Positions 29,729-37,859 of a DNA stretch of 64,000 nucleotides are shown in pieces. Position 1 is the stretch's first letter, and every line of letters begins with the position of its first letter. The stretch covers positions 3,935 to 67,934 of the forward strand of contig CAZIGK010000006.1 of the NCBI GenBank assembly GCA_964538615.1, given 5' to 3'. The DNA comes from an uncultured Rickettsiales bacterium. Lineage in GTDB: Bacteria; Pseudomonadota; Alphaproteobacteria; Rickettsiales; RI-342. The position numbers and the translations under genes are program-made. Under the pieces are notes generated by a model. That model saw only the letters and a program-made list of their open reading frames with translations, made no database searches and was not told the origin of the DNA.

Positions 29729-29733
29729 CCGGT

Positions 29734-31185
29734 TTACACCAGACGCTCTTTGCTACCGCTTTCGCGCAATATCGGCAGGTAAACACTAAAGCAGCTTCCC
29801 ACACCAACCGTACTTTCCACGTGCAAAATACCCCGGTGACGCAGCAGAATATGCTTCACAATCGCCAGCCCCAATCCGGTGCCGGTGGCCTTGCGGGTCG
29901 TTGCATTATTCACCCGGTAGAAACGTTCCGTCAAACGGGGCAGATGCTCTTTGGCAATCCCCTCGCCCTGATCATGCACCGATATTTTAATGGCAGGCCC
30001 ACTCAATGTAATTTGCCGATCATGGGGAATACGGCGGGTCAATTCCGCTGTCACCATAATATCCGATCCCGCACGGCCATATTTCACGGCATTGCTCATC
30101 AGGTTCTGTAACACCTGCATCAGTTCGTTTTCTTCTCCCTGCACCAACGGCAACTGATCCGGTATTGCCAACTGAATGTTCATTTCGCGCTTATCCGCCT
30201 GCCACTCGCAATGTTCGCGTGCATTGCGTATCAACTGCAACACATCCACAATGCCTTCCGGCACACTGTTTGCGTTCATTTCAATCTTGGATAAGGACAG
30301 CAAATCATTCACCAACTGCGCCATGCGCTGCGCCTGATCGTGCATAATACCCAAAAACTGCTCCTGTGCTTCCGGGTCATCTTTGGCTGGTCCCTGCAAT
30401 GTCTCAATAAATCCCACCAGCGATGCTAATGGTGTGCGAATTTCATGGCTGGCATTCGCCACGAAATCTGCACGCATCTGCTCGGTACGTTTCAATTCCG
30501 TAATATCATGCATGGTGATAATCACCGCAATCCCTCCGGGAGAACTAATCGGAAAATGGTCAATCCGCGCTCTAAAATACCCCTCAATCGGCGTATTCAG
30601 GTAAAACTCCACATCCTTATCCGCCCCTTCCTCATAGGCCTCCCGCACAGCATTTAACAGTGCTTCATTATCCGCCACCTGTTCCAGTTTTTTATGGGCA
30701 AGACTCTGGCCAAAACATTGCCGTGCGGCGGCGTTGGTGCGCACAATGGTAAACGCACTATCTATCATGATGAGGATATCCGGTATGGAATCCACCAGAA
30801 TCTCCCGCTCATCAATCACCGCTTCCATTTCCTGTTTGCGGCGTTCCCAACTGCGGTGCAGCTTATTCACAGCAGAGGGCAAATCCCCAATCAACAACCG
30901 TAAATCCGGCATTTCCACCCGCCGATCCTGCGAAAGCCCATCCACATAATCGGTCAACGCCACAATGGAAGATAAATAAGGCCGAATCAGAATCGCACAG
31001 GCCATTAGCACCAGCACCGCGCCATATAAACCCGGCAAGACTGGCAAATAACCCATCAGCATAAAGCAGCCCAACATCAACAACGGTGCCGCACCAATAT
31101 ACAACACCGCCTTCAGCAGCATCGGCAGCGGCACAGAACGGCGGTACGGTGAAATCGGTCGGCGGTCAGGTTGCATGAAAAGCAA
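29734..31185 (-). CDS. phoR: PhoR-like sensor histidine kinase
   Basis: Two N-terminal TM segments, a PAS-like region, HisKA DFVANASHEIRTPL, and HATPase motifs (…NAVKYG…, DQGEGI, GTGLGLAIV). Confidence 0.8.
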   Translation of the reverse strand: MLFMQPDRRPISPYRRSVPLPMLLKAVLYIGAAPLLMLGCFMLMGYLPVLPGLYGAVLVLMACAILIRPYLSSIVALTDYVDGLSQDRRVEMPDLRLLIGDLPSAVNKLHRSWERRKQEMEAVIDEREILVDSIPDILIMIDSAFTIVRTNAAARQCFGQSLAHKKLEQVADNEALLNAVREAYEEGADKDVEFYLNTPIEGYFRARIDHFPISSPGGIAVIITMHDITELKRTEQMRADFVANASHEIRTPLASLVGFIETLQGPAKDDPEAQEQFLGIMHDQAQRMAQLVNDLLSLSKIEMNANSVPEGIVDVLQLIRNAREHCEWQADKREMNIQLAIPDQLPLVQGEENELMQVLQNLMSNAVKYGRAGSDIMVTAELTRRIPHDRQITLSGPAIKISVHDQGEGIAKEHLPRLTERFYRVNNATTRKATGTGLGLAIVKHILLRHRGILHVESTVGVGSCFSVYLPILRESGSKERLV

Positions 31186-31282
31186 TTACTCTTCCATTAG
31201 TCCATGCGGGCAGATGCGCTTCACACCTCTACCCACCCTGTTTCCTTGTAGAAGATAAATCTGAAGAATTGGTCAAGGCATC

Positions 31283-32191
31283 TCACGCCGTCACCATCGT
31301 CCCGGCTCCATGGTCGGTAAACAATTCCACCAACAATACATGCGGCAGTCGCCCATCCAGAATATGCGCAGCCGTCACCCCATGCGCCAGAGCATGCAGG
31401 CAGGTTTCCAGCTTGGGAATCATCCCACCGGAAATCGTGCCATTGTGCATCAGCCGCTCCGCGTCCAGTTGTTTCATACTCCGAATCAACTGCCCTTCCT
31501 TGTCCAGCACGCCCGGCACATCGGTCAGCAAATGCAGTTTATGGGCTTTCAGGGCTGCGGCAATCGCACCTGCGGCGGTATCCGCATTAATATTGTAAGT
31601 CTCGCCATCTTTCCCAATGCCAATCGGCGCAATGACAGGAATAATATCACTCTGACGAAACGGCTCCAACACCTCCGGGTTCACCTGCACCGGCTCCCCG
31701 ACAAAACCCAAATCCAACACCTGTTCAATATGCGAATCCGGGTCACGCTTGGTTCGGCGCAATTTCTGTGCCTGCATCAGGTTGCCATCTTTGCCGGAAA
31801 GCCCAATCGCCTTGCCTCCCACCGTATTAATGGCACTGACAATGGATTTATTGATCGCACCGGAAAGCACCATCTCCACCACTTCCACGGTCGCTGCATC
31901 CGTCACACGCAGACCATCGACAAATTCGCTCTGAATTTTCAACCGCTCCAGCATTTTCCCAATCTGCGGCCCACCCCCATGCACCACAATCGGGTGAATA
32001 CCCACCTGCTTCAACAGCACAATATCACGGGCGAAATGCTGTGCCAGCGTCTCATCTCCCATGGCGTGCCCACCGTATTTAATCACAATGGTCTTGCCTG
32101 CAAACTGCCGCATATAGGGCAAAGCGGCGGTCAGGGTTTCAGCCGTTTGCAAAAACGCCTGCGGCAAAGGAATGGGAGCAATCTTCATCAA
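31283..32191 (-). CDS. argB: Acetylglutamate kinase
   Basis: 302 aa; [21 protein letters not shown]; family-typical. Confidence 0.9.
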   Translation of the reverse strand: MMKIAPIPLPQAFLQTAETLTAALPYMRQFAGKTIVIKYGGHAMGDETLAQHFARDIVLLKQVGIHPIVVHGGGPQIGKMLERLKIQSEFVDGLRVTDAATVEVVEMVLSGAINKSIVSAINTVGGKAIGLSGKDGNLMQAQKLRRTKRDPDSHIEQVLDLGFVGEPVQVNPEVLEPFRQSDIIPVIAPIGIGKDGETYNINADTAAGAIAAALKAHKLHLLTDVPGVLDKEGQLIRSMKQLDAERLMHNGTISGGMIPKLETCLHALAHGVTAAHILDGRLPHVLLVELFTDHGAGTMVTA

Positions 32192-32271
32192 TTAACCCAT
32201 CAACAGAGGTTACAACATTTCTTCCTCTATACCCCAAGCCACGTCTTGCTGCACCAAAAAGCAACAGGCCG

Positions 32272-32868
32272 TCAATCAAATACCGGCTCACTCTCCAACG
32301 CCCGCATCAGGCGCTGTTCATACTCTTCTGCCGGGATATCCACACAACCAAACTGGCGTAAATGCTCATTGACATATTGGCAATCTAACAGCGTAAAGCC
32401 CCGCTCGTGCAGCCGTTCCACCAGCACCACCAAGGCCACACGGCTCGCGTTAGAGACATAGCTAAACATGCTTTCCCCACAAAAAGCCGCTCCCACCTGC
32501 ACACCGTACAGCCCTCCCACCAATCGTCCATCCCGCCAGCATTCCACACTATGGGCATGCCCCTGATGGTGCAGTTGGGTATAAAGCGCCTGAATCCTGT
32601 TATTAATCCAGGTGTCTGGTCGTTGTGTACGTTCTTGCGCACAGGCGGCAATCACGTCTGCAAAGGCACGGTTGACCGTTATGTCAAACGGGCAGTGGCG
32701 CATCAGGCGCCGTAACGATCGGGGGATATGAAATGTCTCTAGTGGAATAATCCCCCGCTCTTCCGGTTTGTACCAATAGAGTTCCGCCTCATGCCGTCCA
32801 TCCGCCATCGGGAAAAAACCAGCACGATACGCCTGCAACAGCAGCTCTGGCGTCAGTTCTTCCCCCAT
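32272..32868 (-). CDS. aat: Leucyl/phenylalanyl-tRNA-protein transferase
   Basis: 198 aa; LLQAYRAGFFPM…, GESMFS motif. Confidence 0.9.
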   Translation of the reverse strand: MGEELTPELLLQAYRAGFFPMADGRHEAELYWYKPEERGIIPLETFHIPRSLRRLMRHCPFDITVNRAFADVIAACAQERTQRPDTWINNRIQALYTQLHHQGHAHSVECWRDGRLVGGLYGVQVGAAFCGESMFSYVSNASRVALVVLVERLHERGFTLLDCQYVNEHLRQFGCVDIPAEEYEQRLMRALESEPVFD

Positions 32869-32876
32869 CTCACAAC

Positions 32877-33575
32877 CTATCCCACTGTCGCGTAGGGGCG
32901 CACCCGGTCAGGGTAATTGCTGGTAATACCATCCACTCCCAACCGATAGCATTTCCGTATATGCTCCGGGTCATCCACCGTCCAGGGGTACACCCGCATG
33001 CCGCGACGGTGCGCATCCTGCACCAGTTCCGCACTCAGAAAATGGATATTTGGGTGAATGGAATCCGCACCGGCAGCAGCAGCATTGGCCGCAAGGTCAA
33101 AACATTCCCCCACCAGTACCGCACCGGTACGCACCTGCGGCAACCGGTATTTGCATTCCGATAGGGTGCGGTGCCAAAAAGAAATGATGCGGTAAGCCTC
33201 ATGGTCATGGTGCTGCTCTCGCACCATGCGCTGCACCAGCGCACATACCTCCCGCGCTAAATCCGGCTCTTTCAGTTCAATGCAGGTCGGCAGACGCCCA
33301 CCAATAGCAAGCAACGCCTCTTCCAGCGTCAAAATAGAAGCACCATTCAATAACGGAATCGTCCGCAACTCAGTCAAGGTCCGACGGTTCACAAACCCAT
33401 GCGCCCGCGTAATTCTGTCCAGCCTGTCGTCATGAAACACCACAATCTCACCACTGGCGCAACGGCGCACATCCAGCTCAATCATATCGCTGCCCAGTGC
33501 CATAGCCTCCATAAAGGCGGGTAAACTATTCTCGGTCGTATAGCCGGATGCCCCCCGGTGCGCAATCACCAGCAT
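32877..33575 (-). CDS. Glycerophosphodiester phosphodiesterase
   Basis: GDPD motifs MLVIAHRGASGYTTENSLPAF and IELDV; 232 aa. Confidence 0.8.
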   Translation of the reverse strand: MLVIAHRGASGYTTENSLPAFMEAMALGSDMIELDVRRCASGEIVVFHDDRLDRITRAHGFVNRRTLTELRTIPLLNGASILTLEEALLAIGGRLPTCIELKEPDLAREVCALVQRMVREQHHDHEAYRIISFWHRTLSECKYRLPQVRTGAVLVGECFDLAANAAAAGADSIHPNIHFLSAELVQDAHRRGMRVYPWTVDDPEHIRKCYRLGVDGITSNYPDRVRPYATVG

Positions 33576-33584
33576 AACAACATC

Positions 33585-34037
33585 CTAATCCCTATCCAAC
33601 AGGCGGGCAATGGCCTCGACTGCCAATTCATAGCCATGCGCCCCCAAGCCACAAATCATGCCCTTGGCGACCATAGCCACATAGCTATGCCGCCGAAACT
33701 CCTCCCGCGCATGAATATTGGAGAGATGCACCTCCACCAGAGGCATTTCCAGGGCTTTCAGCGCATCGTGCAGCGCAATAGAGGTATGGGTATATGCTCC
33801 GGCATTCAAAATCACCGCGCAGGCATCGCTGCGCGCTTCATGAATCCAGTCAATCAATTCCCCTTCATGGTTGCTCTGCAAAAAACGGGTATCCATCCCA
33901 AAATCAGCCGCACGTGCGGCGGTCAGTTCTGCAATATCTTCCAGCGTCTGATAACCATAAATTTCCGGTTCCCGCTTGCCCAACAGGTTCAGGTTAGGGC
34001 CATTGAGAACATAAATACGGTGGCTGTTCAGGCTCAT
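33585..34037 (-). CDS. aroQ: Type II 3-dehydroquinate dehydratase
   Basis: 150 aa; [19 protein letters not shown] and [15 protein letters not shown]. Confidence 0.9.
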   Translation of the reverse strand: MSLNSHRIYVLNGPNLNLLGKREPEIYGYQTLEDIAELTAARAADFGMDTRFLQSNHEGELIDWIHEARSDACAVILNAGAYTHTSIALHDALKALEMPLVEVHLSNIHAREEFRRHSYVAMVAKGMICGLGAHGYELAVEAIARLLDRD

Positions 34038-34153
34038 GGGCGGGTTCCTTGTGTCGGGTCATCGTTTCTGCTTAACGCAAAAAGCTTAATAGTCTTTTGC
34101 CAATCCCTGTATTTCCCATTATAGACAAACACAGAGATGAAGGATACAGCCCC

Positions 34154-34360
34154 ATGAGCCTACACATCACCCTGAACGGAGAAGAACATTCCCTGCCACA
34201 TCCCATGAGCATCCGTGAGATGCTGGAGTATCTGCAACTCCCTACCAACGGTGTAGCGGTGGAAAAAAACCGTGCCATCGTTCCCAAATCCCGGCATGGA
34301 GACGAACCCGTTGCCGATGGCGACCAGATTGAAATGATTCATTTTGTTGGAGGAGGTTAA
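34154..34360 (+). CDS. thiS: Sulfur-carrier protein ThiS
   Basis: 68 aa starting at ATG 34154 ([10 protein letters not shown]…) and ending …HFVGGG. Confidence 0.85.
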   Translation: MSLHITLNGEEHSLPHPMSIREMLEYLQLPTNGVAVEKNRAIVPKSRHGDEPVADGDQIEMIHFVGGG

Positions 34361-34361
34361 C

Positions 34362-35171
34362 ATGACCACCCATACCCTCATACAGCCCTACCAGCCAGAA
34401 GCAGACAGCTTCACCATCGCTGGAAAAACCTACCATTCGCGCCTGCTCATCGGCACGGGTAAATACAAAGATTTTGCAGAGAATGCCCGCGCACTGGAAG
34501 CCAGCGGCGCGGAGATCATTACCGTGGCGGTACGGCGGGTGAATGTTTCCAACCCAAAGGAACCCCGCCTACAGGACTACATTGACCCGAAACAATACAC
34601 TTTCCTACCCAATACCGCTGGTTGCTACACGGCCGAAGATGCGGTGCGCACCCTCAGGCTGGCACGGGAAGCAGGGGATTGGAATCTGGTCAAGCTGGAG
34701 GTCATTGGCGACCCGAAAACCCTCTATCCGGATATGGAACAAACGCTGGCCGCAGCAAAACTCTTGGTAGCGGACGGCTTTGATGTCATGGCCTACACCA
34801 CCGATGACCCGATTTTTGCCAAAAAACTGGAAGATGCAGGCTGCTGCGCCATTATGCCGCTGGCTGCCCCAATCGGTTCGGGCCTGGGCATTCAAAACCC
34901 ATTGAACATTCAGTTTATTATAGAAAATGCTTCCATTCCGGTTCTGGTGGATGCTGGTGTCGGCACCGCATCCGATGCGGCGATTGCCATGGAACTGGGC
35001 TGCGAAGCCGTACTAATGAACACCGCCATTGCGGAAGCGCGGGAACCCGTGCGCATGGCCTACGCCATGAAACTGGCCATTGAAGCGGGACGGCAGGCGT
35101 ATCTGGCCGGACGTATGCCACGCCGTGCCTATGCCAGCGCTTCCAGCCCGCTGACGGGACTGGTTGCCTAA
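34362..35171 (+). CDS. thiG: Thiazole synthase
   Basis: ATG at 34362 preceded by [27 protein letters not shown]…VKLEVIGD is typical ThiG. Confidence 0.9.
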   Translation: MTTHTLIQPYQPEADSFTIAGKTYHSRLLIGTGKYKDFAENARALEASGAEIITVAVRRVNVSNPKEPRLQDYIDPKQYTFLPNTAGCYTAEDAVRTLRLAREAGDWNLVKLEVIGDPKTLYPDMEQTLAAAKLLVADGFDVMAYTTDDPIFAKKLEDAGCCAIMPLAAPIGSGLGIQNPLNIQFIIENASIPVLVDAGVGTASDAAIAMELGCEAVLMNTAIAEAREPVRMAYAMKLAIEAGRQAYLAGRMPRRAYASASSPLTGLVA

Positions 35172-35173
35172 AC

Positions 35174-36697
35174 ATGTCGCAACTGCACCCGAAAGATGTT
35201 TCACGTGAAACATTGTCAGCCCATGACATGAGCCGCACCCGCGCATGGGGTTGGCTATTGCTCAGCCTGCTGGCTATTCTGGGGGAGAGAGTGCATTATC
35301 TCTTTACCTCCGGCTTTGGATTATATGCGGATGAAGCGCAATACTGGTCATGGGCACAGGCGATGGAGTGGGGCTTTTATTCCAAGCCTCCGGCAGTAGC
35401 GGCAGGTATCTGGTTCACCACTCACCTGTGTGGCGATGGGGAAGCATGCGTGCGCCTGAGCGCGCCACTGGTACACGGCCTGACTGCCGTGTTTCTGTTT
35501 CTGGCGGCATTACGGCTTACGCGACCGGCACAAGCGTTGCTGGCGGCATTGCTGTATCTGACATTACCGGCGGTCTGGCTGTCGTCCGCTCTCATTTCAA
35601 CGGATGTCTTTTTGCTCTGCGCGTGGGGGCTGGGGTTATGGTGTTTTATCGCGGCCCTACAAACGGGTGGCGTCCGTTGGTGGCTCGGTTGCGGCTTAGC
35701 CCTTGGCTTAGGATTGCTGAGTAAGTACACCATGATTCTGTTTCTGGCTTCTGCTTTCTGGTGGATGCTGTGGCACGCAGAAGGGCGAGCGCAATTACGC
35801 CGCCCCTGGCCATGGCTGGCCGCTTGTCTGGGCTTTGCCTTGTTTCTACCCAATCTGTATTGGAATGCCCAACATGACTGGGTGAGTTTTGCCCACACGC
35901 AGGAAATTGCGAAACTGGATGGCGCATTGGGCAGCCTGAAACACATGGGGGAGTTTCTGGCCGCGCAACTGGCCGTGTTTGGCCCGTTATTATTTCCTCT
36001 GCTGTTGCTGATGTTTGCCCGCTGGCGTGGACTATCACAGCCCGTGCGGTTGCTGCTGACGTTTGTCTGGCCGATGCTGTTGGCCATTACCTTGCAGAGC
36101 TTTTTAAGCCGTGCCCATGCCAACTGGGCGGCGGCTGTTTATGTGCCTGCCAGTCTAGCTGTGGTGCTTTGGGCATGGGAAGGCAAAACAAGGCGGCAAA
36201 CGCTGGTTATGTTGTCACTGCTCCTGCATGTTGCAGTGGGAATAGGTTATCACCATTACCACCGCCTGTTGGATGGCTTGAGCATTGAAATCACGAAAAA
36301 GCGGGATCCGTTTGTGCGGTTATATGGCGGTAGGGAACTGGGCGAATATCTCCTGCATGTGCAGGCGAGCCACCCGCAAAGCCACCTGCTGGCGGATGAA
36401 CGCAAAATAGCCGCCACCCTGCTGTATTACACCCGTGGTAGCGGCGTGCAGGTGCAAAAATGGAATTACGATACAGTGATGGATGACCATTACGAACTGA
36501 CACGCACCCCCACCGTAGCGGATGAAGGTGCAAATTATATACTGGTGCAGACCTACCCCATCCGTGCGGAGCTGGCGGCGCATTTTTCACAGGTCACCCC
36601 GCTGGCACCCTGGGAGTATCGCCTCGCCTCCGATGCCAGTGTGACCTATTATTTCTATCATCTGCAAGGGTACAGGCCGCATGCTGTGGCGCAGTAA
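35174..36697 (+). CDS. GT39/ArnT-like membrane glycosyltransferase
   Basis: Polytopic protein with the N-terminal loop motif YADEAQYWSWAQAMEWGFYSKPP typical of the ArnT/PMT family; 507 aa. Confidence 0.75.
   Translation: MSQLHPKDVSRETLSAHDMSRTRAWGWLLLSLLAILGERVHYLFTSGFGLYADEAQYWSWAQAMEWGFYSKPPAVAAGIWFTTHLCGDGEACVRLSAPLVHGLTAVFLFLAALRLTRPAQALLAALLYLTLPAVWLSSALISTDVFLLCAWGLGLWCFIAALQTGGVRWWLGCGLALGLGLLSKYTMILFLASAFWWMLWHAEGRAQLRRPWPWLAACLGFALFLPNLYWNAQHDWVSFAHTQEIAKLDGALGSLKHMGEFLAAQLAVFGPLLFPLLLLMFARWRGLSQPVRLLLTFVWPMLLAITLQSFLSRAHANWAAAVYVPASLAVVLWAWEGKTRRQTLVMLSLLLHVAVGIGYHHYHRLLDGLSIEITKKRDPFVRLYGGRELGEYLLHVQASHPQSHLLADERKIAATLLYYTRGSGVQVQKWNYDTVMDDHYELTRTPTVADEGANYILVQTYPIRAELAAHFSQVTPLAPWEYRLASDASVTYYFYHLQGYRPHAVAQ
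35196..35213. repeat. Perfect 18-bp palindrome ATGTTTCACGTGAAACAT
   Basis: Codons 8-14 of the GT39 gene (D-V-S-R-E-T). The opposite strand reads M-F-H-V-K-H. The palindrome is centred on CACGTG. Confidence 0.7.
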
Positions 36698-37343
36698 GCA
36701 TATTCGTTTAGGCGGGTTGTTGTTAGGACTGGTCAGCGTCGTGTTTTTGCTCTGGCCGGAGATGGATCTTTGGGTATCGCAGGCATTGGTGGATGCGGTT
36801 ACCGGACGTTTTACCCCGAAGCACATGCAACCATGGTATAGCCTGTACCGTGCAGTGCCGTGGGTGATTGGTATGGTGAGTCTGGGCAGTGTCCTCCTCT
36901 GGCTGGCGGGGCGTTGGCAGGGACGTGTGCTGCTGGGCATGGAAGGCCGCGTGGTGTGGTTTTTACTGCTGGGTCTGGCCATTGGCCCCGGAATACTGGT
37001 CAACGCTCTGTTGAAAGAGCATTGGGGACGGGCACGCCCCAGCCAGATTGTGGAGTTTGGAGGACATGCGCATTTTTCCGCCCCGTGGGTGATGGCGCAG
37101 GAATGTGCTGGCAATTGTTCCTTTGCCTCTGGCCATGCTGCCGGCGCATTTTTTCTGCTCGGTCTGGGGTTCGCCTTTCGGAAACGCTGGCTTTATGCGC
37201 TGGGTGTTGGCTGGGGCATGCTGATTGGTTATGTGCGCATGGTACAGGGGGGGCATTTTTTCAGTGATGTGCTGATTGCCGGATTATTGGTGTATCTGGT
37301 CTTTGCCTGCCTGAGCGAGTGGCTACTGCGCGCTGAGCGATGA
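36681..37343 (+). CDS. PAP2-family lipid phosphatase
   Basis: All three PAP2 motifs are present: KEHWGRARP, ASGH, and VRMVQGGHFFSDV. The gene overlaps the GT39 gene by 17 nt. Confidence 0.75.
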   Translation: MLWRSKHIRLGGLLLGLVSVVFLLWPEMDLWVSQALVDAVTGRFTPKHMQPWYSLYRAVPWVIGMVSLGSVLLWLAGRWQGRVLLGMEGRVVWFLLLGLAIGPGILVNALLKEHWGRARPSQIVEFGGHAHFSAPWVMAQECAGNCSFASGHAAGAFFLLGLGFAFRKRWLYALGVGWGMLIGYVRMVQGGHFFSDVLIAGLLVYLVFACLSEWLLRAER

Positions 37344-37358
37344 GATGGTTTTTGGGTA

Positions 37359-37469
37359 GCGCAAGGGACAAAAACGTCGCAAGCAGTCCGCTGCCTTTGA
37401 GCCGAACGCAGTGCGAGGGGCTTTGGCCCTGACGCGGAATGAGGCTGGCAAACCGAGTGGAACCAGAGG
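37359..37469 (-). repeat. Dispersed intergenic repeat, inverted copy
   Basis: The reverse complement reads CCTCTGGTTCCACTCGGTTTGCCAGCCTCATTCCGCGTCAGGGCCAAAGCCCCTCGCACTGCG…CTCAAAGGCAGCGGACTGCTTGCGACGTTTTTGTCCCTTGCGC. This aligns with copies A and B. Confidence 0.6.
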
Positions 37470-37489
37470 CAGGAGAAGCATGGCTCACA

Positions 37490-37522
37490 AAAAAACCCTC
37501 CGGCACTGGCCAGAGGGTTTTT
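37490..37522. terminator. Bidirectional Rho-independent terminator
   Basis: AAAAAACCCTCCGGC-ACTG-GCCAGAGGGTTTTT: a roughly 14-bp stem with one mismatch, flanked by an A-run and a T-run. It lies between the convergent PAP2 and lipoprotein genes. Confidence 0.75.
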
Positions 37523-37547
37523 GACATGTCAGCGTATCGCAAGCAAC

Positions 37548-37859
37548 TTACTTGTATTGAGACTTGCGGAACATGCGGTCAGAACGCTCAGATGCAGCGT
37601 TGGCTTTTTCCAGAGCTTCAGAGGCTTTGCCATAAGCAGCGTCCGCTTTTGCAGCAGCTTCATCGGCTGCTTTGCGGGCGTCCATGACAGCAGCTTCCGC
37701 ACGGCTGGCGGATTCAGCAGCCTGACGGGCATTTTTATTGGCAGATTCAGCGGTTGCGCGAACATCAGACAGCAGAGCGCGGTCTTCTTCGCTCAGGCCT
37801 GCGCAGGCGCTTAGTAACAAAACCGCTGGAACAGCGGCCAGAAAGGTCTTACGGATCAT
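37548..37859 (-). CDS. OprI/Lpp-like alanine-zipper outer-membrane lipoprotein
   Basis: ATG at 37859 preceded by GAGGAG. Lipobox LLLSAC, an Ala/Glu/Lys-rich helical body, and a C-terminus …AKADAAYGKASEALEKANAASERSDRMFRKSQYK that resembles Pseudomonas OprI (…ARADEAYRKADEAL…ANERALRMLEKASRK, quoted from memory). Confidence 0.7.
   Translation of the reverse strand: MIRKTFLAAVPAVLLLSACAGLSEEDRALLSDVRATAESANKNARQAAESASRAEAAVMDARKAADEAAAKADAAYGKASEALEKANAASERSDRMFRKSQYK

Noticed and set aside
29420-29731. Possible CRISPR array
   Set aside because: There are only two long (about 130 bp), diverged units with a palindrome between them. There is no short direct repeat/spacer periodicity and there are no cas genes.
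28926-29782. ORFs of 227, 95 and 64 aa running through the sixA-phoR intergenic region
   Set aside because: They are translations of the dispersed repeat units, which is why they share LAPLGLLAS…LAKG peptides. One of them also overlaps sixA out of frame. They are better explained as non-coding repeats.
31310-32461. 383-aa plus-strand ORF
   Set aside because: It is antisense to argB and extends into the aat antisense region, with no motifs.
34038-34153. Expected TPP riboswitch upstream of thiS-thiG
   Set aside because: I could not find the conserved THI-box elements (CTGAGA … ACCTGATCTGGATAATGCCAGCG-like) in this 116-nt leader, nor upstream of thiE.
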